Below are positions 25,397-39,159 of a stretch of 64,000 bases of DNA, piece by piece. Location of the stretch: positions 121,024,001-121,088,000 of the forward strand of contig NC_042997.1 of NCBI RefSeq assembly GCF_006345805.1, in the 5' to 3' direction. Made by a program: the position numbers and the translations under genes. Source of the DNA: Octopus sinensis. Taxonomy: Eukaryota. How positions within the stretch are numbered: position 1 is the first letter of the stretch; each line of letters begins with the position of its first letter. The notes under the pieces are model-generated. The model made no database searches, was not told the origin of the DNA, and worked only from the letters and a program-made list of their open reading frames with translations.

Positions 25397-27364
25397 TCAT
25401 ATTGATATTACTGAAGGGAATATAATTCAAAATTTAAATAAATATATTTGTCAAATTTGAATGTATAAGAGTATAAACAAGCATAATATACTCTAAGCAA
25501 CCAGAATAAAAGTAAATCTAAATATATTTTTCCTAATAATTTTTATGTAGTGATCGAAGGAAGCTCTGGCTTTTGTTAGGAGTGGTCCACATAACCATTC
25601 ATGATACAGAGGCTGGGAGCCTATTTCATTTCGGGAGTAAATCGTCATCACATGTCACTTAGTCACAAACACATGTCATATAGCCGCAATAGAATGCTGT
25701 ATCACCAACAATAATGCAATTTCTCTTAGATATTACCCAGTAATATATCAAGTTGATTTACACATTTCTCATTGCATACTGCTGTTATGACTTCCCTCCC
25801 TGATTTTATACCAATCCTGGGGGTCTCCATTTGTGAGACTTTCAAAGAACACATCTTACCTCTTCTACTCTTATTGGCTCCCATTACTGATCTTCAACTT
25901 CACCCAGTTTCACTCTCTGACATTCTGTCCAATGAGATTTAGCCTTATAAGTGACTAATTGACGTGCTCGACCGGTTAATGCCAAATAACTGTGATATTG
26001 AACAGAATATTTGTTGTGGCCCCTCGTTTATACTAAGACAAAACATGCACATAGTAATACAGTCAATCAGTTAAGATCAGAAGTCATGAGAGCCTTTCAC
26101 GTGTACTGCATGATGATGATCATCATCATGGTCATTATCATCATCATCATCATCAGCAGCAGCAGCAGCAGGAGCATTTTATTATTAGTATTGTTATTAT
26201 TGTTGTTGTTGCTATAGGCGTCCTAATCACCATCATCAGAAGCAGTGTTATCATTGTCGTTGTCCTTATTTATTCTGTTTGAGTGGATAAAGCAGCGACG
26301 TGGCGGCGTTGTGAGCACGCCGGCCAAAATTAATCCGGCTTTTCGTCCATTTTCACGTTCTGATTTCAACTTTTGCCGAGGTCGGTTTCGCCTTTCCCCC
26401 TTTCGGTGTCGATCAGATGATTACCACTTCTACATTGGCATCGATATAATGGACTTACCCCACACCTCAAAATTGCTGGCCTTATGCAATATACTAGTGT
26501 GGAGGCTTAGCAACATTGAATGTTAGACTAAATATCTTGTGGTACTTTGTTACGGCCCTTCATCACTTTATCACAATGGTCGACTTTGTATTTCTTCGAC
26601 TGCAAGCTCTCTGGTTTTTTAACTACATTACAAACTATTCTTAGAATGAATATATTTATCATTTATTCGAGAATCTGAAAACGAGAAAATAATAATAATT
26701 TATTTGTTCACAAAATAATTAATAAATTGGTCTCAATTATGTACATTATACCGTCTATCACGATTCTGTTACATCATTATTATGGTAAATTTTGCTTTAA
26801 CTTTAATACGTTGTAAAATATAAAAGGATATTTGAATAATAATAAAAATTAATAACTGAATTTAGCAAATTTTATGTGACAAATACGTATTTAATTTTGC
26901 AAATTTACCACTATTTACCAAACAGCTACTTATCAGGAAACAATTTCTGCTGCTTTCAAAGAAATTTATGTACTTATTTATTGGTTTAAAATCTCAAAAG
27001 TAGTTATAGCGAAAATTATTTCACTAAATTAATGATTTAATATATGACGTCAGTGTATTCAAAATTTGTATATATATATGGGTGTGTGTGTGTGTTTGTA
27101 TGTATGTATGTATGTATGTATGTATGTATGTATGCATGCATGTATGTATGTGTGTATGTGTATGTGTGCATATATTTGTGTGCATGCGTGTGTGGGTAGA
27201 TAGATTGGATATGCATGTATATATGATTATGTATAATTAAACGAGAGTAAGGAGAAATGTCATAGGTTAAGTATGAAGAAGTTGTGCTACATCTGTGAAA
27301 TGTTGTATGCATTAATTCCAGCACTTATTAATAACTGCATTGTTTCTTTCCAGTTAAACAGATA

Positions 27365-27740
27365 TATTTATTACTCTAGGCACGAGGCCCGAAATTTTGG
27401 GGGAGGCAGTCAGTCGATTAGATCGATCCCAGTACCCAACTGGTACTTAATTTATCGACCCCGAAATGATGAAAGCAAAAGTCGGCCTCGGCGGAATTTG
27501 AGCTCAGAACGTAAAGACAGACGAAATACCTATTTCTTTAACAACCCACAAGAGGCTAAACACAGAGGGGAGAAACAAGGACAGACAAACGGATTAAGTC
27601 TATTACATCGACCCCAGTAAGTAAATGGTACTTAATTTATCGACCCCGAAAGGATGAAAGGCAAAGTCGACCTCGGCGGAATTTGAACTCAGAACGTAGC
27701 GGCAGACGAAATACCGCTAAGTATTTCGTCCGGCGTGCTA
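27365..27740 (-). mobile_element. SINE family B, tandem/duplicated copy
   Basis: Two iterations of actggtacttaatttatcgaccccgaaa.gatgaaag.caaa.gtcg.cctcggcggaatttga.ctcagaacgta. Confidence 0.85.
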
Positions 27741-27879
27741 GTTAAACAAATATCTGATTGTTGATTGTAGATTTCAGATTTAACTAGATATGACTTCTCG
27801 TGTAAATAGTCACAAAATTTGGCGTTGTGGCGTTATCAAATAAATGCAAAAAACAAAAAAAATGTTTAGGCCACCAAGA

Positions 27880-28887
27880 ACATTCATGCTAACAAGTCCT
27901 TACAGTAGAGGATGACACTCCAGCTTTGTCAACAGTACAAAAGCGGGAACCCAAATTTAGGAGGGAAGGGAGAATGTTGATGATAGCCCAACGCCTCTCA
28001 CTGCCAATGCCACTGAAAACATTAACCGCGTTCACAACATGGTATTGGATGTGAGGCGATTGACTGTAAATCAAATAGCTAGAGCTATTAGAATATCCCG
28101 TCAGAGAATGAAAAATAATATTCGCGATGAACTTGGCATGAAGAGAGTGCCACGTCTTCTGACACAGGCTGATCACATAACAGGAAAATCTGAAAGTGTT
28201 TGAGCCAGATCCAGCTGCGTTCCTTGAATGTTTCCCAGCCGAGCAAGATTGTTGGGTCCGTCACTTTTGAGAAAGAGAAAATAGACAATCCAAGCAATGC
28301 AAACGCACCCACATCAACTTGGCTTCAAAGAAAACCAAGGTCGAATCATCTGTAGGGAATGGAATGGCCTCAGTTGTTTGTGATGAAATAAGTGTTCTAC
28401 TTATTCACAATTTTCAAAAATATTACATCATCAATAGGGAATAACATGCCAACTTATTGAGTTTGTTACGAAGATCTATCAAGAACCAAGCGCCCAGAAA
28501 AACAGATGAAATGTGTCTTGTATCAACAGAACCACCTCCAGCACACAAGTCTTTGGTTTCAATGATTCCTGTTGGCGAGTGTGTCTTTGAACTGGTTGAC
28601 AACCATCTCTATTTTCTTGATGTGGCACCATCTGTCTACCATCTGTTCCCCAACAGGAATACAACGTGGTTTTAAATCAGTATTGCAATGAAGACGTCAT
28701 ATCTGCTGTTGACGAGATTTTTTAAGAAAAGGATGAGAGCTGATTCGCCAATGGGATCCAAGAAAAGCAAAACAGATGGGAGACATATGTGGCTGGCGAG
28801 GGAGAGAATGGTGCAAAAGTAAACATCAGATGCTCACATTTCACGAGAGTATCTTGGTCAACCTGAGAACATCTAAACCAAACCTCA
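27880..28887 (+). mobile_element. Decayed mariner transposon, 5' end missing or unrecognisable
   Basis: Fragments read ENINRVHNMVLDVRRLTVNQIA, ELGMKRVPRLLT and LDVAPSVYHLFPN (cf. mariner YSPDLAPSDYHLF). A right-end-like sequence gagagtatcttggtcaacctgagaacatctaaaccaaacctca is followed by TA at 28888-28889. Confidence 0.75.
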
Positions 28888-29640
28888 TATAAGTAAACAG
28901 ACCTAGCCTAATAAAGTGTTGCACACACGATCACAAGATCATAATTTCAATTCGAAAAGCGGCTGTCTTTTGCATTTATGGTCAAACCAGTTTATTTCCC
29001 TTTTTTCAATACACTTAGCTTTTATTGGGGAACTCAACCACAATACATTTACGGGTTCAGGCTGGATGCTGGCCTGCTGCCAGACGGATGGCATCATGCG
29101 ACGGCTAAAACATTGCGAGGAATCAGTATTAAAGATTTTTATGTCTAGAACTAACGTAAATCAGAGAGCAGACGCATGATGTTATTTGATAAATTTTGTG
29201 GGAGATAGCGTTGCTTCATTTCAATCATCATAGCCTTCAACCCCTCTCTCTTCAACCACTTCTTATATTCTAAATGGTTAGTTGAGCTGCCTCAGATACA
29301 TCCCTCGATTGTGTGCTCTAGGTAGCATTGGTTGGTCCCACAACTAGATTACCTAACTCACAATCTTCCCCGTGCAATATAACATTAACTGAGAATATTA
29401 CTGCAAAATATTCCTAAAATTTCACACACAGATTAAGACAGATTTTACCGTTGCATAAAAGATCATCAGACGCCAAAAGTTGTGCATATTCCGACGAAGG
29501 CTAGTGGGTCAAAACTTCGAAGTTCCTGGCAGATGTCTTCCACCAAGTGCTTAATAAAGATGCGTTCTGTTCAGAAAGTATTGAGTGTTCTTTAGTTTAA
29601 TGTTAAATTTCACCCACCTCTCTCTCTCTCTCACTATATA

Positions 29641-29671
<31 letters not shown>

Positions 29672-30104
29672 AAAGCCGATAACTGTTTAGGTTTAGTAGC
29701 CCTTCCTGTTTGTTTTCACTGTCCTGTTTGTGTTACCAGTTTTGACCCTCCGCAAAATCCCAAATTTTAATAACTTGCGTTGCGAGAGTAACAATTTTAT
29801 CAAAAGCGTATATTGTTGTTAAATCCTCGAAATACGAGACTAGAAAAACCACCAACAATTGATGAAGGGTCGTACTTTATGTTGTTTTGTATTTTTTGCA
29901 GTTGTGCCTGTCGTTGTTCGAAAAAATAGTTCACATTCCATGTACTCCTACTTCGTATTTTTGTATTACACTTTTCGTGACGTCCTGTGCTCACATATGC
30001 ATATATATACATATATATATATACATATAAATGCAAGTATGTATATATACGTATGTATATATGCATTTATATATATATACTTACATACATATAAATATAT
30101 AAAT

Positions 30105-30138
<34 letters not shown>

Positions 30139-32899
30139 TTATACATATACATATATATATATATATTTATACATACACATATATACATTACAATTAATAA
30201 GAGGAATGACCTCTAAAGTGGATTCCTATGCGCTAGAGATAGATGTCAAATCGCGTTACCAAACGTATTTTACAAGTATTAATATTGAAATTATATGTCG
30301 GTAGTCGTTCTATTTTGTAAGTTTTCTTTCGTCTTGCTTATTTGTTTTTTTTTACATTTTGGTGTTTGCTGTTTTCTTTTATTTCTTGAGAACACACTCT
30401 TTGTGGTAGGGGGATTTGACGTCTATCTCTAGCGTATAGGAATCGACTTTAGTCGTCAATACTCTTAAAATTGTAATAAATTATTTATATCTTCGGATTT
30501 TTTTTAATACGCTAGATCACTGGTTTAAATTAATGTTAATTGGTTGATATCAATTTCTACCCTCCTTATTTAATTATATATACATATATACATATATAAT
30601 GTATAATATATACATGCCAGTAGGTTTGTATATGCTTGTGTGCGTTTCTGTGTATGTGGGTATTTGTGTTGTGTGTGTGTGTTTGTGCCTATGTATGTGC
30701 ACGTGTGTTTGCATTTGTGTATGCATTTTATCGAAATAAATATAAAATACACATCACGATTGATGTATAATATAATTCCTAAAATATCATAAAATTTCTA
30801 GACAAATTTTAAACTTCACATACGTGAATTATACTTATTGAGACTACATTTTGAAAAAAAATATAATTTCATATTCCGTAGTGTAGAAGCAGTTGTAAAT
30901 CTCTAATTTATTATTTTTTTCTCAAAAATACATGAATATTTAGAAGTGAATATGCTGCTAAAACCCTTAATCAGCTTAATAGCTATAGTTATTAATAAGT
31001 ATAAGGTTCCATTTTAGAGTTTATCTCAAATGATATTTTGCAAATAGAACGCGTTTTCATTTTTATTCTGGATTTTATCTTTTTTATTCAATGGATGTTG
31101 AATACCCAAATTCAATTCCTATAAAATGAAATTAAGATGTAGATTATATTGATCTTTTGACTGGAAAAAATTGTCTGCGCCATCACAGTTACTACTTTTC
31201 TCTCGAAGGATTCGTTTTCTAAGTAATTTCTTTATGATATATTCGTAGATCTTGGATACACCGAACGGTTGTGTTTTAATGTCACTATATAATATAGATG
31301 AAAGGAATAATATTTTTAAAATCCGTTCTTTCATAAAACCCTATAAAACTACTCGGGTGTAGTATAAGATTTTTTTTATTTGTATACTGGAAATATTCTG
31401 TTGGTGGCGAAATCAAATTTATTACAAATAACATACTATAACCTCATGGCAAAACTTTGCATATCGTAAATATTCATGAAACTTTTAAATTTGGAATTGC
31501 ATGAATATTAAAACTTGGAAAGCTGCCAAAATCAAATAATATATATTAAAAAAATGAATCGTGTGATAAGAAAATTAGTTGCAACCAGGTCTGTTTTATC
31601 TCGGTATGTGATTTAATGCAAATGGTGTAAATACTGCATTATAAATGATCTGCCATTAATATACTACTATCTAGAAAGGTATACGACTTTTGTGAGAATT
31701 ATTAGGAATACTTGTAGTGGATATGCAAAAGGTCTTCCTGCAAGAAAAGAGAAAGCGAAATAAAGAGATTATCCAAGTTAGATTATTATAGTCCACATAA
31801 ACTTATACAGGTGAAACACATTGCTTCTGGACTGCAACGTAATTTTGAATAATGTGAAGAATTTAACTGATCATTGATCTCAACATGTACACTAAAGTCA
31901 TTAGGAATAATTATCCATTTATTTTATATGCTATTTTAATTACTAACATTCTGTCAGAGGAATCCTCATAAGATGTTTGAAGGAAGAGAATTAGATGGAA
32001 GTATAGATCGACAATAATGGCACAAAACACGAGATACGCATGTTATTTAAAGTAAGCGAAGCACGAGAGTAGCATCATGGACAAACGATTTAAAGAGTAT
32101 ACAAGGAGCTAAGATGCGTAAACAAACAATGGGATTACAACATGGATATTAAGAGAAATGAATAATGATTATAGCAGAAAGAAAGTAAAATATTAAAATG
32201 AAGAAAAACGTCAACGATAATCACTAAATACTAACACAATTCAGAGAGTAGAGTTACCGCACAGATTATGGTCCTAGGAATAAGCTTCATCGTTGTGCCT
32301 TATTCATGGGGTTAATTTCTTCCAAAAGTGACATTAGACAATTTGAGTATAGACATTACGCATGATTAATTGTATACCAAATGCTTCCTGACAGACTACT
32401 AAATGCTTACCAATCTCATAGATTATGTTACTTTGCATATCTTATGGTAAACTAAATAATTCCTTCTATTATACGCCAAGGCATGACATTTTGTGGGAGA
32501 GCTGCTAGTCGGGTACATCGATTTGTAGTTATTTTACAGACTCCGGAACGACGAAAAGCAATGTTGACCTCGACGAAAGTAGAATTAAGCACGTATAGCT
32601 GGAATAAAAGATGTTAGGTGTTTTGCCTGCCATGCTAAAAAGCATAGCAGCGGGTCACCTTATTTTAAGTCGAAATTAAATAAATAAATAATGAGAGTGG
32701 AAATTAATATTATTAAATGATATCAATTTCAACTAGTGGTGAGTATACATAAAAACGTCTGACGACCGTGATGGTTTGGCGTCTAATTTTAGCATACAAG
32801 GGATACATAGAGTGATATCTCATACAGTATAAATAAATAAGTTAAATAATCAATTAACATCAAGAAATTTCAATGGAAGACCGTAGTGGGATACATAGA

Positions 32900-33115
32900 A
32901 CAGGAGTGGCTGTGTGGTAAGTATGTCTGTGATTGCCCCCCAACGTCGCTTGACAACCGATGCTGTTATGTTTACGTCTCCGTAACCTAGCGATTCGGCA
33001 AAAGACCGATAGAATAAGTACTAAGCTTACAAAGAATAAGTCTTGGGGTCGATTTGCTCGACTAAAGGCTGTGCTCCGTCATGGCTCCAATCAAATGACT
33101 GAAACAAGTAAAAGA

Positions 33116-33118
<3 letters not shown>
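32900..33118 (+). mobile_element. SINE family A, internally deleted copy
   Basis: Head caggagtggctgtgtggtaag joined directly to the 3' half (cgcttgacaaccgatgctg...gactgaaacaagtaaaagaata). Confidence 0.75.
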
Positions 33119-33179
<61 letters not shown>

Positions 33180-33359
33180 CACTTGTTTAAATATTTATTT
33201 GAATAATTACAAAATATATATCTACTACTTCATCAATTTCAATGAATTGTACTTCGTCTAGACTTGAAATATGTATTTTAGTGAATCATTGCCAGTTTAG
33301 TGCGGCAAGAGTATACATAAACGCGCACGCGTACACACACACGAACATATACGCATATA

Positions 33360-34290
33360 TATATATATATATATTATATAAAACTCAATATCTGTATATT
33401 CGTGTGTTCGTATGCTACTTATAGACTCGAAAACTACAGGAGCGATTCTAATGAAATTTGTGACACAAAATCCAAGCCTAGGGAGAAGGGTAATGCCGTA
33501 TGTTTCATACAATTTTGAGTTGGCATAAGGTGGGGAGCAGAACACTTGGAGAAAATTAATATACTTCGGATTTCGGGGAAATTTGAACGATAAGAATTAG
33601 AAATAAATTTTAAAATATATCCAAAATGTCCATATTCTTGGATGATTCTAAGACCACCTAATGGGGCCTTAAGCCCCAAATTTTAGTCATTTTTCATGGA
33701 CCAAAATTACTGAATGGATCCTTATGATATTTGGAACTTATATTCAATGCATAAGGGTGGATTCATACCCTCCTTTATGCCGTATGTTTGGTCTGAATTT
33801 CAGGTGGGCTTAAAAGGAGCAGAGCCCCCACCATGAAAATTCATAAATTTCCGATGTTGATGCAATTTCAAACATAAATAATTGAGAGAAATCAAGAAGT
33901 ATTCCCAATTTTTCCGCTTTTCATGAGGATTCTCAGACGCCCTAATGGAGGACATAACTCCCAAATTTTAGTTATTTTTATGATCCAAAACAAGGTCAAA
34001 AGTACTGAACTTTACCTTATGAAATTTTGAAATTATATTCCATGCATAAAGGCGGATGTAATGCAGTATATCTTTGAAAGTAACGGGGCATAACTGAGAC
34101 CATAGCCCCCATGGAAATTTATATATTTTTATTGTTGATGAAATTGTAATAATAGATATTAGACACAAATGAAGTAATGTTCATAAAATTTCAACTTCTT
34201 AGAAGGTTAGTAAAACCCTTTAATGGGTGCTTAATATTCACAATTTAGTTATTTTTCCTAAACCAAGGTGAATGCAAATGTATTCTTCGA
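33360..34290 (+). mobile_element. Probable degenerate non-autonomous Helitron-like element with internal repeats
   Basis: 5' motif aaactacaggagcgattctaatgaaatttgtgacac resembles the 38.7-kb element head. Internal reiterated blocks: gccgtatgttt (~33495, ~33779), cccaaattttagt (~33675, ~33960), tgcataa(g/a)gg(t/c)ggat. No clean CTAG end identified. Confidence 0.4.
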
Positions 34291-35284
34291 AGCTGTAGAA
34301 TTGCCCAAGAATACAAAATGAGCGTTAGTGTAATTCAATGGTACAACAGTGTAAGAGTTTTCGTTGAGATATACTTAGATTGTGATTTCTGCAATGTGGT
34401 GCATAAATTGTCAAGTAAAAGAGAGACAACTTTGTGTCCACTGATTCAGTAGCAAAGTGTTATTTTGAGTAAAGTTATTTGAGTCTTTTTATTATCTCTG
34501 GGTCAGATATAATCTCCAGAGGGTAACATTAATTCCAAACCCTTTCGAGATAAGTGAATGGTCAGTTAAATAGATTCATAAATTGCAAATTTTTTCTGTT
34601 CAGTTACCTATCGGCATAGTGATTATCGGCAAACTCCACAGGTGACACTTTCCTTTCCCCTTAACCCTCACGTCACACTGTTTTTAATGTTTATTTGAGT
34701 GGGGCCACGCCTTTCCAATTGATATAGATCCGTAGAGCATCTTACGGCTGTGCCGGTCATCTGCATGGTGAAGAATTCTACGTCTAGGTTAGCGTCGCTG
34801 ACTGCTTATTGTGGCCATTCGTCTTGTGGCTTCCTCTAGCTTTCCTCTCTTTTACAAACCCTGTGCACATTCACATATTTTCGATTTCAAAGACATTTCA
34901 ACAAGAGATATAAGGCAGAAGTTAAAAGGATTCTCAACCAAAGAACTTCTGTGGTTGACTTTAAGACCCCCTCCTAATCGGTGACATAACTTCCACATTT
35001 TAGAGTTCTTTGTGCTCTGTGTACTCCATTTTCCAGAGGAAATAACCTTTGAATGAGTTTTATAAGATTTGGATTTTGGAATCTGGGCATAAAGATGAGT
35101 AGAGTGGGATAAATATATCAAGATTAAAATTGTTGTTAGGATGTGTAAAGAGGGAAAGAACCCCATAAAAATTCTTAATCTCCAATTTTGATGAAATTCG
35201 AATCATAGATATTCCAGTTTGTTACAGAAAATATAAAGAGAATTCTTCAATTCCATGTGACACGGGCAACGCCGTGTATCTTTG

Positions 35285-35346
<62 letters not shown>

Positions 35347-35791
35347 TCTCTTTATATATATATATATATGTGTCTGTGTGTGTATACGTACAGATGTGTA
35401 TGTTATGTCAATGCATCTCTTCTCATGCATGTACTTACATACCTAGACATACTCATAGGTACTTAAATCATAAATTTCTCAAAAGGTTTACAAATTTGTA
35501 CAGTGCCAGTGTAGTCTTCAAATCAGCTTTCTCCTTTCTGCTTTCGAGAAGCCTGATTTCCCAAGATTGGTATTTATGCAGTGGGTTAAATATTTTAGCG
35601 CCCAATAATGACAGATATAAACATGAAGCTATAATGTAGATAGCGTACATGCAGATTACTCAATAGTGCAGCCTAAGTATTATTCTTTTTCACTGACCTT
35701 CAGCTTTATGTTAGCATCTGCAGGGCAGCTGGTTGCCACAACTCTATTGAGTTTCTCTCCACTGTCCCGTACCTATGTATGTATATATACG

Positions 35792-35863
<72 letters not shown>

Positions 35864-35955
35864 CATATATATATATATACATACGTATGTATATTATATA
35901 TATATATATGTTATAATATATATATAATATATATGTATATATATATATATATACA

Positions 35956-36017
<62 letters not shown>

Positions 36018-36169
36018 ATTGGGTCTTTCGTTGTTCCAAAGAATAGTTCATGTTCCATGTACTCATGCTTCGTATTTTATTGCTATACATGTTTCATAAT
36101 ATCCTCTGCAGACGTATGCTTATATATACGTATAGATGTTGGTGTGTACATACACGTATGTATATTACT

Positions 36170-36575
36170 TTTTTTTTTACTTTTTTACTTGTTTCAGTTA
36201 TTTGACTGCGGCCATGCTGGAGCACCGCCTTTAGTCGAGCAAATCGACCCCGGGACTTATTCTTTGTAAGCCCAGTACTTACTCTATCGGTCTCTTTTGC
36301 CGAACCGCTAAGTGACGGGGACGTAAACACACCAGCATCGGTTGTCAAACAATGCTATTGGGAAAAACACAGACACACAGACTTATATATATATATATAT
36401 ATACATATATCCGACAGGCTTCTTTCAGTTTCCGTCTACCAAATCCAATCACAAGGCATTGGTCGGCCCGGGGCTATAGCAGAAGACACTTGCCCAAGAT
36501 GCCACGCAGTGGGACTGAACCCGGAACCATGTGGTTGGTCAGCAAGCTACTTACCACACAGCCACTCCTGCGCCT
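36170..36575 (-). mobile_element. tRNA-derived SINE, family A, near full length
   Basis: Minus-strand head aggcgcaggagtggctgtgtggtaag...ggttccgggttcagtccc (A/B-box-like), internal TA tract, tail ...gactgaaacaag. Partial copies at ~2090-2185, 16570-16690, 32900-33118 and 53180-53400. Confidence 0.85.
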
Positions 36576-36703
36576 ATGCAAATATATAATAAATGTATTC
36601 GCTCTATTATTTGATTTAGCGCCACGCATCATTTTCCAAGCAAGTCTTATCTATCTATCTATCGATTTATCTATCTATTTGTATATATATATGTGTGTGT
36701 GTG

Positions 36704-36743
<40 letters not shown>

Positions 36744-36986
36744 ATATACATATACATACAAACATACATACACACACATACATATCCACACATAAAACAC
36801 GTCGCTTAATGCAGAGTACTTTTCCTGTGTAGAAATCAACCTTATATTCTAAAATATGTACGTAAATAGCCCGTCTTTAAGGCGTTACTTACGTTAATGG
36901 AAACAAGAGTCATTCTTGTCATAAATAACATTCTAATCAATACTCACGAATAATAAATATAGTCTATTTTACATATACATAATTAT

Positions 36987-37034
<48 letters not shown>

Positions 37035-37438
37035 TATATATAATCACGTATAGGAACCGTTGTTTTATATACTTATGTCTCACTCAATAATACAGATCGT
37101 TTAGAGAGCATATATATATAATTTTATCCTATTTATAAAAGATATTACTATCGTCACACATTTACATAATTGATTCGATGGTTGTTATTCTACTTAAACA
37201 TTGTAGACATTATCAGGGGAATATCAAGGAGAAAGAGATAGTAGTATGTCTTAGTACTTAACAACTAAAACTTTACATGATCCTTTTAGTATTTAATTGG
37301 TATCTTGTAACACTGTGCTATAACTTACACATTTTATACATATATGCATCATTAATTTCATTTGTATATATTTAAAAATAAATATATATATATATATATA
37401 TATATAAATATATAGATATATATACATATACATATATA

Positions 37439-37478
<40 letters not shown>

Positions 37479-37565
37479 GTCATATATGCTTTGTATACAT
37501 ACATACATATTGATATAAAATAATACATACATGTATAGATTATATATATATATATGTATATATGC

Positions 37566-37619
<54 letters not shown>

Positions 37620-37739
37620 ATATATATATGCATATATACATATACGCATATAGTATATTATGCATATATATATATAGATATATATATATACATATACATA
37701 TATATACATATATGCATATATATATATACATATATATAC

Positions 37740-37781
<42 letters not shown>

Positions 37782-38278
37782 ATATATCAAATGTTGTAAA
37801 AGAATTCAAGACATTTATAAAGAGGTCTTACAGCTGTTTCCGGAATATTTTAAATATCCTTTCATACGAGACTTTGTGAGAAAGTGGTTAAGCAATCGTT
37901 ATTCTAGAGAAGATATGATATACAGTGTGAAGTGGAGGAATGAAAACAGAAGGGAAATATCCAGGGATAGTGTATCTGCAGTTCCATTATTATTCTGACT
38001 ATTTCCTGTTTTTGATTTGAAATGTTGTGAAATCTTTCACAGCCTTGTCTTTTTATCTCATTCTGTTAATTTGTTTTATATATATACGCATGCTGATATG
38101 TGGCCGACGTTGGGCTCCTCATTTGCGTAATCACCGAACTTAGAGCATAAGAATAGTCTGTCCATAGTACTTACTCAGCTTTACCTGACACCTTTGGGTC
38201 TTCTTGTCACCATTACCTCTCATAACCTATATAACTTTGTTTTAACGGTAAATTTCATAGGTTTTTTTTCGATGGCCC

Positions 38279-38339
38279 GATAGCTGAAGTGATGCCGGTG
38301 TGGATTTACACCCCGACATCCGAAACTCAGAGTTTTATC
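38279..38339 (+). ncRNA. Hammerhead-like motif (family H2, third copy)
   Basis: GAUAG CUGAAGU GAUG C CGGUGU GGAUUU ACACCCCGA CAUC C GAAA CUC A GAG UU UUAUC. The distal stem II differs in sequence from the 20991 copy but still pairs (GGUGU/ACACC). Confidence 0.55.
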
Positions 38340-38458
38340 ATGGCTACGGATGAATTGTCACATATTATATTTACAGATAAATTCCCTATTTTCATAATAT
38401 CGAGGTCCCTTTCATTCTTTTCTCGCCTTGCCATTTCTATCAACATTATATATATATA

Positions 38459-38521
<63 letters not shown>

Positions 38522-38612
38522 AACTTAGATAAACTTAGATAGTTTCGACCAGAGATTGGTCCAGGCCATGTCTAACTTAATAGCACCACCTGATATGTAT
38601 GTATGTATGTTG

Positions 38613-38699
<87 letters not shown>

Positions 38700-38707
<8 letters not shown>

Positions 38708-39076
38708 AACGGCAGTTTGTCTGTGCGTGTTTCTGTGTGTCTGTTTGCTTGTACCCTCACCCTGACCACGGCTTTCAACCGATTCTGATGAAACTTGAAA
38801 CACACATAGCCTAATGTCATAATTCAAAACTACGCGCGCAGCGAAAATTTTGAAAGTTCCCCAGTTCTGAAAAAAAATCGATAAATTCGACATAGTGTCG
38901 AGAATTAGAACACAAACCGCAAACTGTCTAGGGGACGCAACTCCACCTTTTTTAACTAAAAAAAAAAATTACCATCATTTTTTTCCATTTTTTGCTATTT
39001 TTTGGCTATAACTCTCTAAAAATGCTTTATAGTTATTTCCCTTACAAACCTGAGCAACGCCGGGCGATACTGCTAG
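38700..39076 (+). mobile_element. Non-autonomous Helitron-like element
   Basis: 5' part gtttgtctgtgcgtg...ccgattctgatgaaacttgaaacacac. 3' subterminal hairpin cctgagcaacgccggg and terminal CTAG (39073-39076) followed by T. Flanked by (TA)n. Confidence 0.7.
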
Positions 39077-39095
39077 TACATATATATCTATATAT

Positions 39096-39152
<57 letters not shown>

Positions 39153-39159
39153 TATATGA

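Noticed and set aside
29485-29525. ccgacgaaggc...gtcaaaac resembling a decayed hammerhead
   Set aside because: Both core halves are mutated and the stems cannot be verified.
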